A model generated the notes under the pieces. It had not been told where the DNA came from. It did not search any database and worked only from the letters and a program-made list of their open reading frames with translations. DNA of 64,000 nucleotides, taken from assembly GCA_002269645.1 (NCBI GenBank), contig NIVC01001402.1, positions 186,001 through 250,000 on the forward strand, in the 5' to 3' direction. This document shows, piece after piece, positions 1 to 11,601 of this stretch. The position numbers and the translations under genes were made by a program. Source of the DNA: Macrostomum lignano. Taxonomy: Eukaryota. The stretch's first letter is position 1. The number at the start of each line of letters is the position of its first letter.

Positions 1-254
1 TGCAGCAGTGCGTGACTGAAAGCAGGCCTGCAGATTTCATGCACAGATGGGGCCTCACTCGGCCTGCATGGGGTGGCTTTGCGCAGATGCGAGCAGCACC
101 GCAGATCGCACAGATATTTGGCGGCCTGAGCTGCACACAGCTGAGGCTTGATAGATGAGGCGGAGGCCCAGCTTTCGCAAGCTGTAAGCTAAACTTGCTG
201 GAGTGCTGCGGCACTTGGCTGCGAAATTGAGAGCTTTGGTTCAGCTGAGTGAGA

Positions 255-585
255 GTAGTTGAGAGTAGATCATGGCTCAGCTGAGTCAGAGTAGAGTATG
301 GCTCAGCTGGGTAAGAGTAGATCATGGCTCAGCTGAGTCAGAGTAGACGAGTGAGACTAGATCATGGCTCAGCTGAGTGAGAGTAGATTATGGCTCAGCT
401 ATTTGAGAGTAGATTGTGGCTCAGCTAATTGAGAGTAGATCATGGCTCAGCTGACTGAGATTCGCTGAGTGAGAGTAGATTGTGGCTCAGCTAATTTAGA
501 GTAGATCATGGTTCAGCTGACTGAGATTAGCTGAGTGAGAGTAGATTGTGGCTCAGATAAGTGAGAGTAGAGTAGGCTTAGCTGA
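255..585. repeat. Degenerate ~26-bp tandem repeat (GAGAGTAGATCATGGCTCAGCTGAGT-like)
   Basis: Repeated AGAGTAGA(T)..TGGCTCAGCT motif read directly; boundaries approximate. Confidence 0.85.
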
Positions 586-639
586 GGCATGCAGGTTGAG
601 AAGAACTGTCTGAGAACTCCTGCCTGCTGACTCACCGGC

Positions 640-722
640 ACGTGACTTTTCCGCTTTCTTGAGCCGGTGGGCGCCGGGCCGCCAAAATCAACGGGTCGAC
701 AGCTGAGCTGACAGGCCGTCAA
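640..722 (-). CDS. Candidate coding exon ([29 protein letters not shown]), possibly of the zinc-finger gene at 4140-4471
   Basis: On the minus strand: CCTCCCAG acceptor, one open frame, then a GTGAGT donor. It lies in unique sequence between two arrays. No recognisable homology. Confidence 0.3.
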
Positions 723-744
723 CTGGGAGGCGACCTGCGGATGG

Positions 745-2036
745 ATTCGGGCTGTGGATTCTGCAGGGGAAGCTGTGGATTCTATATGGGAGGCTGTGGA
801 TTCTATATGGGAGGCTGTGGATTCTATATGGGAGGCTGTGGATTCTGCAGGGGAAGCTGTGGATTCTGCAGGGGAGGCTGTGGATTCTATATGGGAGGCT
901 GTGGATTCTGCAGGGGAAGCTGTGGATTCTGCAGGGGAAGCTGTGGATTCTGCAGGGGAAGCTGTGGATTCTGCAGGGGAAGCTGTGGATTCTGCAGGGG
1001 AAGCTGTGGATTCTATATGGGAGGCTGTGGATTCTGCAGGGGAGGCTGTGGATTCTATATGGGAGGCTGTGGATTCTGCAGGGGAGGCTGTGGATTCTGC
1101 AGGGGAGGCTGTGGATTCTGCAGGGGAGGCTGTGGATTCTGCAGGGGAGGCTGTGGATTCTATATTGGAGGCTGTGAATTCTGCAGGGGAGGCTGTGGAT
1201 TCTGCAGGGGAGGCTGTGGATTCTGCAGGGGAAGCTGTGGATTCTGCAGGGGAAGCTGTGGATTCTGCAGGGAAGGCTGTGGATTCTGCAGGGGAGGCTG
1301 ATGGATTCTATATTGGAGGCTGTGGATTCTGTAAGAAAGGCTGTGGATTCTGTAGGGAAGGCTGTGGATTCTATATGGGAGGCTGTGGATTCTGCAGGGA
1401 AGGCTGTGGATTCTGTAGGGAAGGCTGTGGATTCTGTAGGAAATTCTGTGGATTCTATATGGGAGGCTGAGGATTCTGCAGGAGAGGCTGTGAATTCTGT
1501 ATGGGAGGCTGTGGATTCTGTAGGGAGGCTGTGGATTCTGTATGGGAGGCTGAGGATTCTGCAGGGAAGGCTGTGGATTCTGTATGGGAGGTTGTGGATT
1601 CTATATGGGAGGCTGTGGATTCTATATGGGAGGCTGTGGATTCTATATGGGAGGCTGTGGATTCTATATGGGAGGCTGTGGATTCTATATGGGAGGCTGT
1701 GGATTCTGTATGGGAGGCTGAGGATTCTGCAGGGAAGGCTGTGGATTCTGTATGGGAGGTTGTGGATTCTATATGGGAGGCTGTGGATTCTGTATGGGAG
1801 GTTGTGGATTCTGTATGGGAGGCTGTGGATTCTGTATGGGAGGTTGTGGATTCTGTATGGGAGGCTGTGGATTCTGTATGGGAGGTTGTGGATTCTGTAT
1901 GGGAGGTTGTGGATTCTGTATGGGAGGCTGTGGATTCTGTATGGGAGGTTGTGGATTCTGTATGGGAGGCTGTGGATTCTGTATGGGAGGTTGTGGATTC
2001 TGTATGGGAGGCTGTGGATTCTGTATGGGAGGCTTG
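745..2036. repeat. 21-bp minisatellite (GGCTGTGGATTCTATATGGGA / GGCTGTGGATTCTGCAGGGGA variants)
   Basis: 7-aa periodicity in overlapping ORFs (AVDSIWE, GCGFYMG) and direct reading. Confidence 0.95.
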
Positions 2037-2569
2037 CAGATTTTTTTGCAGCCGTCTCTATTGAAAACAAGCATGGGCTGTATAAACAGACATTGACCGC
2101 AACCACTTAGCCTGCAGCATTTTGCCGCAATGGCTTCCCACAGTGCCAACCATATATTTGACCAGTGTTTGCAATGCAAAATGACTTGAAGGAATTGAGG
2201 TTTATTTTGCCCAACAATCTGAAATGTTGCGCAATTCGAAATTAGAATTCAAATGAGCGACAAAGCTGGGCGCAAGTGGAGACTTTCCAAAACTTGAGAG
2301 GGAATCAGAGGGGATGGGAGAATGCACAGCCTGTGACCGCCGAGCCAGTCCAGCCCGAGTCAGCGGGTGGTCGCGGGAGTTGCATATTTTGGTTCAGCAA
2401 TCGAGCAGAGCAGTTTGGGAGAAATTTGATACAATTTGGAGACCCAGGTGCACGCGGCTTGTGAGACTCAGCCCCTGGTTTGACTGCTCCACAGGATTGA
2501 AATGACCCAAGATTTTCGCACCTTTTCCCACTGGGATGCGAGTGGCCCGCATTGATGGTTCTCGATTGC

Positions 2570-3850
2570 GACAGCAGACTCGAGGATCAGGGGATAGCGA
2601 CAGCACCCACTGACGGATCAGGAGATAGCGACAGCACCCACTGACGGATCAGGGGATAGCGACAGCACCCACTGACGGATCAGGGGATAGCGACAGCACC
2701 CACTGACGGATCAGGAGATAGTGACAGCACCCACTGACGGATCAGGGGATAGTGACAGCACCCACTGACGGATCAGGGGATAGTGACAGCACCCACTGAC
2801 GGATCAGGGGATAGTGACAGCACCCACTGACGGATCAGGGGATAGTGACAGCACCCACTGACGGATCAGGGGATAGTGACAGCACCCACTGACGGATCAG
2901 GGGATAGCGACAGCACCCACTGACGGATCAGGAGATAGTGACAGCACCCACTGACGGATCAGGGGATAGTGACAGCACCTACTGACGGATCAGGGGATAG
3001 TGACAGCATCCACTGACGGATCAGGGGATAGTGACAGCACCCACTGACGGATCAGGGGATAGCGACAGCACCCACTGACGGATCAGGAGATAGTGACAGC
3101 ACCCACTGACGGATCAGGGGATAGCGACAGCACCCACTGACGGATCAGGGGATAGCGACAGCACCCACTGACGGATCAGGGGATAGTGACAGCACCCACG
3201 GACGGAGCAGGGGATAGTGACAGCACCCACTGACGGATCAGGGGATAGTGACAGCACCCACTGAAGGAGCAGGGGATAGTGACAGCAGACTCGAGGATCA
3301 GGGGATAGCGACAGCAGACTCGAGGATCAGGGGATAGTGACAGCACCCACTGAAGGATCAGGGGATAGTGACAGCACCCACTGAAGGAGCAGGGGATAGT
3401 GACAGCACCCATTGAAGGATCAGGGGATAGTGACAGCACCCACTGAAGGAGCAGGGGATAGTGACAGCATCCACTGAAGGAGCAGGGGATAGTGACAGCA
3501 TCCACTGAAGGAGCAGGGGATAGTGACAGCACCCACTGAAGGATCAGGGGATAGTGACAGCACCCACTGAAGGAGCAGGGGATAGTGACAGCACCCACTG
3601 ACGGATCAGGGGATAGTGACAGCACCCACTGACGGATCAGGGGATAGTGACAGCACCCACTGAAGGATCAGGGGATAGCGACAGCACCCACTGACGGATC
3701 AGGAGATAGTGACAGCACCCACTGACGGATCAGGGGATAGCGACAGCACCCACTGACGGATCAGGAGATAGTGACAGCACCCACTGACGGATCAGGGGAT
3801 AGTGACAGCACCCACTGAAGGATCAGGGGATAGCGGCAGCACCCACTGAA
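2570..3850. repeat. 31-bp minisatellite (GACAGCACCCACTGACGGATCAGGGGATAGT)
   Basis: About 40 tandem copies read directly. Confidence 0.95.
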
Positions 3851-4115
3851 GGATCTGAACACCCAGAAGACACACTGAAGGATCTGAACACCCAAAAGAC
3901 ACACTGAAGGATCTGAACACCCAAAAGACACACTGAAAGATCTGAACACCCAAAAGACACACTGAAGGATCTGAACACCCAAAAGACATACTGACAGATC
4001 TGAACACCTAAAAGACACACTGACAGATCTGAACACCCAAAAGACACACTGAAAGATCTGAACACCCAAAAGACACACTGAATGAAGGACCTGAACACCT
4101 AAAAGACACACTGAA
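3845..4115. repeat. 29-bp minisatellite (CACTGAAGGATCTGAACACCCAAAAGACA)
   Basis: About 9 tandem copies, contiguous with the 31-bp array and sharing the CACTGA(A/C)GGATC core. Confidence 0.9.
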
Positions 4116-4139
4116 GGAAAACACTGCAAAGTAACCAAC

Positions 4140-4471
4140 CTCCTCCTGGCAGCTGAGTCCGTGGTAGATGTCCATGTGCTGCCGCATGAGGTCCAGCTGA
4201 GTGGAGGCTCCGTGGCAGCGACTGCAGCTGTACACTGTGACGTTGCAGCTGTCAGCGGGGCCCACGCAAGCGCAAGTGGCTACATGGGCAACCAGCTCGG
4301 ACTCTTGAAGGCTCATGAAGCAGCAAGAGGGCATGGCGGGGCAACACAGGACGTGGGTGACAGCCGGGGAGGAAGCCACCAAGCCGCTGTTGTTTGCGAG
4401 GAATTCGTCGAGTCGTGAGCGCCGTTTGCTGCCTTCTTGCTCCTGTGCTGACGACATCGCGCTGACCACTT
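4140..4471 (-). CDS. Internal exon of a C2H2-like zinc-finger protein gene
   Basis: Translation contains C-x4-C-x12-H-x3-C (CPAMPSCCFMSLQESELVAHVATC) and C-x2-C-x12-H-x4-H (CSRCHGASTQLDLMRQHMDIYH). Bounded by a TCTGCAG acceptor and a GAG|GTTGGT donor. Other exons unresolved (candidates 5880-6022 and 640-722). Confidence 0.6.
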
Positions 4472-6059
4472 CTGCAGACTTTCAAGGCAGGCTGAGAAAT
4501 ACACAGAAAAGTCTGCCTTGTTTGCCTGTCTCTTGACTGCGATTTAAGTGCGCGAGCGGATTCCGCGGGTTTTTATTGCTTTGTTTGTCATTGAATTAAA
4601 ATACTGGGGAGCTCAGCCGGGAGGGTCTGGCGTGCGGCGGGCGCTGATTGGCTCGGGGGAGAGGCCGAGTTTGGGGGGTTTGGACCAAGGGGTCTGCAGT
4701 CTTGCATATGGGGGTGTGAAGTTGTCTCAACGCGAGACTCACCCACCCCCCCCCACTAACGGCAGGAAGAGCTCTAAGCCCGGAGCAGTGAAAGCCTCCC
4801 TTGGCCCATTCCTTGCCCAAACTGCCGTTCCAATCGCGGCAAGTGGGCTGAAAGGCAGGACGCATCCACACAGCATAAACAAAGGGCGATACAGTGAAAT
4901 GAACTGATGAATAGCTGCGATAACTGACTGAAGTCCATGAGACTCCTGGAGAGTGAGGTCGGACTAACGCTCACTGGCTGGCGTCAATTTCTTTGTGCTG
5001 TTCTGCTGAAGCGGTGCAGACGCCTAAGCTGATACGATGAGGGTAAGACAGGAAGGATGGTGCTAAGGAATGCATGAACATAAATGCTCTGCGGGCACTC
5101 CAAACAGCAGGTTTTGTCTCCAAGATGCAGTGCCGCTCCCCGTGACTCTGTTTTGTTTGAACTTTATTTATGTAATCAATCCGGGCAGCGCCTTTAAACT
5201 GAAATTCGGAGTTTTGGAGTCTAATAAACAGCCTGATCTGCCTCAATGCAACACTCAAGGAGGATTAGAAGGATGACTCAGTCTCATCAACAGGCAGCCG
5301 GCAGCAGACGAATCTCCAACCGAAGGCAAACTGTTGAGCAGAGTTCGAACGGGCCGTCTATTTCAGGAGACCAGAACGAACCAGTGAAAACACAGCAAAC
5401 CAAATAGCCTAAGAGACGAAACAGAAGTTGCATTGGAGCTCGTGAGCAGACAGGAGAGAGAGCAGAGAATTCGGCCCCAAGGCTGTGCTTGGCAGTAACC
5501 AAATTTCTCTACTTTGCTCAAGACTTGTCGATACAGTTCTCTGAGCCCGCGCACTGCTCGCTCTTTCTCCGCATAATGCATGCATTAGACAGGCCACCTG
5601 AGCTGCAGGGCGCGCTGGTGGGTGAAGAGCTGAACTCACCGGGGTCTCCTCAACCCCCCAATATATTTAGCAGTGAAATTCAATCCGGCCGCGGCAAACA
5701 AAGGCCTGGGACTCGGCTGGGCTGGGGTGCAGAACTCGATAGCTCATTTCGATACTCAGGCGGGCTGGAAACCGAGAAACTGAAAGTCAAGCCAAGCCCC
5801 CCGGTCTCTGGGAGGCTCCGGCCTCACAACTGCTCAGGGCCTCAGTGAAGAGAAGCAAGCCTGTATAGCCCGATTTTCACCTTTCCTGTGCGAAGTGCAA
5901 AACAAGGCAGCCGCTGCATGTCCAAAGTGTCTGTGCTGAGCTGGACAGCCTGGCCTCGCCACTTCCGTGCCACAGCCCCTGCGTCTGCATCAAAACTGCG
6001 TCACTCAGCTCAGAATCTTCCTTGACTAATTCTGTGCTGTGCCCGCTCGGTCTGACACA

Positions 6060-7560
6060 GCATCCCGCCATTTCTCAACTTCCATCTCACCCTCCATCTG
6101 GCTATTTCTCAACATCCATCCTTCCATCTCACCCTTCATCCCGCTATTTCTCAACTTCCATCCTTCCATCTCACCCTTCATCCCGCCATTTCGCAACATC
6201 CATCCTTCCATATCACCCTCCATCTCGCTATTTCTCAACATCCATCCTTCCATCTCACCCTTCATCCCGCTATTTCTCAACTTCCATCCTTCCATCTCAC
6301 CCTTCATCCCGCCATTTCGCAACATCCATCTCACCCTCCATCCCGCCATTTCTCAACATTCATCCTTTCATCTCACCCTCCATCTCGCTATTTCTCAACA
6401 TCCATCCTTCCATCTCACCCTCCATCCCGCCATTTCGCAACATCCATCTCACCCTCCATTCCGCCATTTCGCAACATCCATCTCACCCTCCATCCCGCTA
6501 TTTCTCAACATCCATCCTTCCATCTCACCCTTCATCCCGCTATTTCTCAACATCCATCCTTCCATCTCACCCTCCATCCCGCCATTTCGCGACATCCATC
6601 TCACCCTCCATCCCGCCATTTCTCAACATCCATCCTTCCATCTCACCCTCCATCCCGCCATTTCTCAACATCCATCCTTCCATCTCGCCCTCCATCTCGC
6701 CATTTCTCAACATCCATCCTTCCATCTCGCCCTCCATCTCGCCATTTCTCAACATCCATCCTTCCATCTCGCCCTCCATCCCGCCATTTCTCAACATCCA
6801 TCCTTCCATCTCGCCCTCCATCTCGCCATTTCTCAACATCCATCCTTCCATCTCGCCCTCCATCTCGCCATTTCTCAACATCCATCCTTCCATCTCGCCC
6901 TCCATCCCGCCATTTATCAACATCCATCCTTCCATCTCGCCCTCCATCCCGCCATTTCTCAACATCCATCCTTCCATCTCGCCCTCCATCTCGCCATTTC
7001 TCAACATCCATCCTTCCATCTCGCCCTCCATCTCGCCATTTCTCAACATCCATCCTTCCATCTCACCCTCCATCCCGCCATTTCTCAACATCCATCCTTC
7101 CATCTCGCCCTCCATCTCGCCATTTCTCAACATCCATCCTTCCATCTCGCCCTCCATCTCGCCATTTCTCAACATCCATCCTTCCATCTCGCCCTCCATC
7201 CCGCCATTTCTCAACATCCATCCTTCCATCTCGCCCTCCATCCCGCCATTTCTCAACATCCATCCTTCCATCTCGCCCTCCATCTCGCCATTTCTCAACA
7301 TCCATCCTTCCATCTCACCCTCCATCCCGCCATTTCTCAACTTCCATCCTTCCATCTCACCCTTCATCCCGCTATTTCTCAACTTCCAACCCTTCGTCTC
7401 CCCCCATCCCGCTATTTCTCAACTTCCAACCCTTCGTCTCCCACCATCCCGCCATTTCTCAACTTCCAACCTTTCGTCTCCCTCCATCCCGCCATTTTGC
7501 AGCTCGATCTCAGCCTCCATCCCGCCATTTCGCAACTTCCATCATTCAATCTCATCCTAC
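6060..7560. repeat. 42-bp pyrimidine-rich minisatellite (CATCCATCCTTCCATCTCGCCCTCCATCTCGCCATTTCTCAA)
   Basis: 14-aa periodicity in ORFs on both strands; edges degenerate. Confidence 0.95.
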
Positions 7561-8046
7561 ATTCCTCAATTTGTCAACTTCTATCTTTCCATCCCGTCCA
7601 CCCCATCTCTGCTTATCCTGCAGTCAACTTCGCCTCACCTTGGGCTGACTGCTACCTGAATATCCGGGGTCCAATACCAGATAACGAAACAATGAGCATC
7701 AACTATGATTACTTATAGCTCGTAATATAATAACTAAATTCAATGCGAAACCGCAACTCCATCTCTTATCAGTAGGTAAGCATAAATTGCTCCGATATCC
7801 GAGCTTAGCTAATGCGCATCTCGCTGGTCAGAGATTGCTCACAGGCCTCACAGGTGAGTCCTATTTCTATCCGCAGGCTTCAGATAGCGATAACGCTCAC
7901 TAACAGCATCTGCTCAGAGCTCACTCGCCGCGGCCGTATCTCCGCGATTGCGCAGCCTGAGAGCAACCGGCTATAATTAGTCGGTGCGCAACTCCTATTC
8001 ACTGACAGTTGCTCCGCACTGCTCATGGAGCACTCTCCTATGTTAC

Positions 8047-9330
8047 AGTGCCACACTGCCACTCCGTGCCACACTGCCACTCCCTGCCACACTGCCACTC
8101 CCTGCCACACTGCCACTCCGTGCCACACTGCCACTCCCTGCCACACTGCCACTCCCTGCCACACTGCCACTCCCTGCCGCACTGCCACTCCCTGCCACAC
8201 TGCCACTCCCTGCCACACTGCCACTCCCTGCCACACTGCCACCCTGCCACACTGCCACACTGCCACACTGCCACCCTGCCACACTGCCACACTGCCACAC
8301 TGCCACTCCCTGCCACACTACCACTCCCTGCCACACTGCCACTCCCTGCCACACTGCCACTCTCTGCCACACTGCCACCCTGTCACACTGCCACACTGCC
8401 ACTCCCTGCCACACTGTCACTCCCTGCCACACTGCCACTCCCTGCCACACTGCCACTCCGTGCCACACTGCCACTCCCTGCCACACTGCCACACCCTGCC
8501 ACACTGCCACTCCGTGCCACACTGCCACTCCGTGCCACACTGCCACTCCCTGCCACACTGCCACTCCGTGCCACACTGCCACTCCGTGCCACACTGCCAC
8601 TCCGTGCCACACTGCCACTCCCTGCCACACTGCCACTCCGTGCCACACTGCCACTCCCTGTCACACTGCCACTCCGTGCCACACTGCCACTCCCTGCCAC
8701 ACTGCCACTCCGTGCCACACTGCCACTCCGTGCCACACTGCCACTCCCTGCCACACTGCCACTCCGTGCCACACTGCCACTCCCTGCCACACTGCCACTC
8801 CCTGCCACACTGCCACCCTGCCACACTGCCACACTGCCACACTGCCACCCTGCCACACTACCACTCCCTGCCACACTGCCACTCCCTGCCACACTGCCAC
8901 TCTCTGCCACACTGCCACCCTGTCACACTGCCACACTGCCACTCCCTGCCACACTGCCACTCCCTGTCACACTGCCACTCCGTGCCACACTGCCACTCCC
9001 TGCCACACTGCCACTCCGTGCCACACTGCCACTCCCTGCCACACTGCCACCCTGCCACACTGCCACACTGCCACACTGCCACCCTGCCACACTACCACTC
9101 CCTGCCACACTGCCACTCCCTGCCACACTGCCACTCCCTGCCACACTGCCACTCTCTGCCACACTGCCACCCTGTCACACTGCCACACTGCCACTCCCTG
9201 CCACACTGCCACTCCGTGCCACACTGCCACTCCCTGCCACACTGCCACTCCGTGCCACACTGCCACTCCCTGCCACACTGCCACTCCCTGCCACACTGCC
9301 ACTCCCTGTCACACTGCCACTCTCTGCCAC
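8047..9330. repeat. 18-bp minisatellite (GCCACACTGCCACTCC(C/G)T)
   Basis: 6-aa periodic ORFs (PCHTAT, LPHCHS) and direct reading. Confidence 0.95.
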
Positions 9331-9573
9331 AGTGTCTCACTGCATTATTAAAAACATCAAAATCTACTCGTATATATTTATTACTAAAAGCTAGAGTAGT
9401 CTGTGCTTTTAAACCGCGCAAGTCTCATAATGTTACTTTAAGTAGTGTGTGCGAATTCTTCCTAGTGAATTAATATTAAATATTAATTTACAGCTGAAAG
9501 TGAGAATCCGCCGAGGGGCCAATGGGAATGGAGCTGTGGGAACTCAACACTGTTGGTTTCGCATTCTCCATAG

Positions 9574-9746
9574 GTTTATGCGCAAGGCTGAGAAGCCCAG
9601 GCATTTAATACTCAACTTCCCACTGGTGAGCACAGATCAAGGAACATTTTCAGCTTGGCGCTCTGATCTCGTGTCGAAGGTATTCAACAAAATATTAGCA
9701 GACAATGCCAAGTCTGCGCCGCCTCAAGCTGGGGCTTTTGCCGAAG
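9574..9746 (+). CDS. Candidate coding exon (FMRKAEKPRHLILNFPLVSTDQGTFSAWRSDLVSKVFNKILADNAKSAPPQAGAFAE), unknown protein
   Basis: TTCTCCATAG acceptor, a single open frame and a G|GTGAGA donor, in unique sequence between arrays. No homology recognised. Confidence 0.35.
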
Positions 9747-9821
9747 GTGAGACTGCGCAATGCACTGTGAAGGATTGCTGTGCAATTGGGAAGTGTTACT
9801 GCGTACGTTCGTACTGTGTAC

Positions 9822-10048
9822 AGTGCAATTGTAAGCTTTACTGTGTACAGTGCAATTGTAAGCTTTACTGTGTACAGTGCAATTGTAAGCTTTACTGTGT
9901 ACAGTGCAATTGTAAGCTTTACTGTGTACAGTGCAATTGTAAGCTTTACTGTGTACAGTGCAATTGTAAGCTTTACTGTGTACAGTGCAATTGTAAGCTT
10001 TACTGTGTACAGTGCAATTGTAAGCTTTACTGTGTACAGTGCAATTGT
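9822..10048. repeat. 27-bp tandem repeat, ~8 near-identical copies (TACTGTGTACAGTGCAATTGTAAGCTT)
   Basis: YCVQCNCKL periodicity and direct reading. Confidence 0.95.
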
Positions 10049-10092
10049 AAAAAGTGTGATGTGAGTTATGTGTTGTGGAATTGTAGTGTAAA

Positions 10093-10715
10093 GTGTACTG
10101 CTTACTATGTACTGCATACTATGTACTGTATACTATGTACTGTATACTATGTACTGCATACTATGTACTGTATACTATGTACTGTATACTATGTACTGCA
10201 TACTATGTACTGTATACTATGTACTGCATACTATGTACTGTATACTATGTACTGCATACTATGTACTGTATACTATGTACTGTATACTATGTACTGTATA
10301 CTATGTACTGTATACTATGTACTGTATACTGTGTACTGCATACTATGTACTGCATACTATGTACTGTATACTATGTACTGTATACTGTGTACTACATACT
10401 ATGTACTGTATACTGTGTACTGTATACTATGTACTGTATACTGTGTACTACATACTATGTACTGTATACTATGTACTGTATACTATGTACTGCATACTAT
10501 GTACTGTATACTATGTACTGCATACTATGTACTGTATACTATGTACTGTATACTGTGTACTACATACTATGTACTGTATACTATGAACTGTATACTGTGT
10601 ACTGCACACTGTGTACTGCACACTGTGTACTGCACACTGTGTACTGCACACTGTGCACTGCACACTGTGTACTGCACACTGTGTACTGCCCACTGTGTAC
10701 CGCATACTGTATACT
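10093..10715. repeat. 14-bp minisatellite (TACTATGTACTG(T/C)A grading to CACTGTGTACTGCA)
   Basis: Direct reading; 14-aa (3 x 14 nt) periodicity in ORFs. Confidence 0.95.
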
Positions 10716-11601
10716 GTCTACGAACTCTCCCATTGTGTAATTGAAAATTGCAGTCTGTAATAGGCATTGTGCAGATGGATATTGTCTCCATACTTACATA
10801 CATATCGCCCACATGCATCCCTGTGAGGAATCGATGCCCCACTCCATTTTGGCGCCAATTGCCAAGGCGCGCCATTATCTTTTTTGGCGCCCAGCTCCCT
10901 TCTCGTTGCTCGTGCAGTTGCAGGATATCATAAGGCTTCCCTTCCCCAAGCACACGGCAGGGGCTGCATTGAAGGATGGTGCTGGCCGGCCTAGATAAAG
11001 GAATCTGCAGCCACGGAGCTGCAGCCGAGAGCAATAAATCACTTTGTCTCCCGTCAGGCGGGTGAGTGCAGAGCCGCACAGTGAGAGTGACTCTGCTTTG
11101 CGTCTCCCGCTGTCTCCCATCCATTTTCGCCAGCAGATGGCGGCGGATTCTTCATCACCCGCCCGGAGACAGTTCATCAGCCTTAGGCCTCTCCAGTCCC
11201 TCTCTGTCTCAGGCCCACTAGCTCAGGAGTGCCGAGCGCTGGGTTCTTACCTATATGTTATTGCACCGAGCATTCTGAGCAGCCACCTCCCTTGCTTCCC
11301 CCGCTTTTATGTGCGAAGGGTGCCCTGCCGCTGCATTGAGCTGCTCTTCAAGGATGGAGAGCAGGGGAGAGGCTGTGGGCGGAGACTGGCCGGGGTCTCA
11401 GCCTGCCGTTCCGCCTCAAAGGCTGCAGATTTTGCAGATAGCTCCGCATTTGGATGCAGAAGGGGTATTCGAGTGGGAAACAGAGCGGTGCCCGAGAGTT
11501 TCAATGCAATTCGCTCTCTTAATGATAAAACCTTAATCGGGCCACCAAGCCATGACGATAGCAGTGCAGGCATTCTGCAGCTATCAGCTGCGGGAATTTA
11601 A

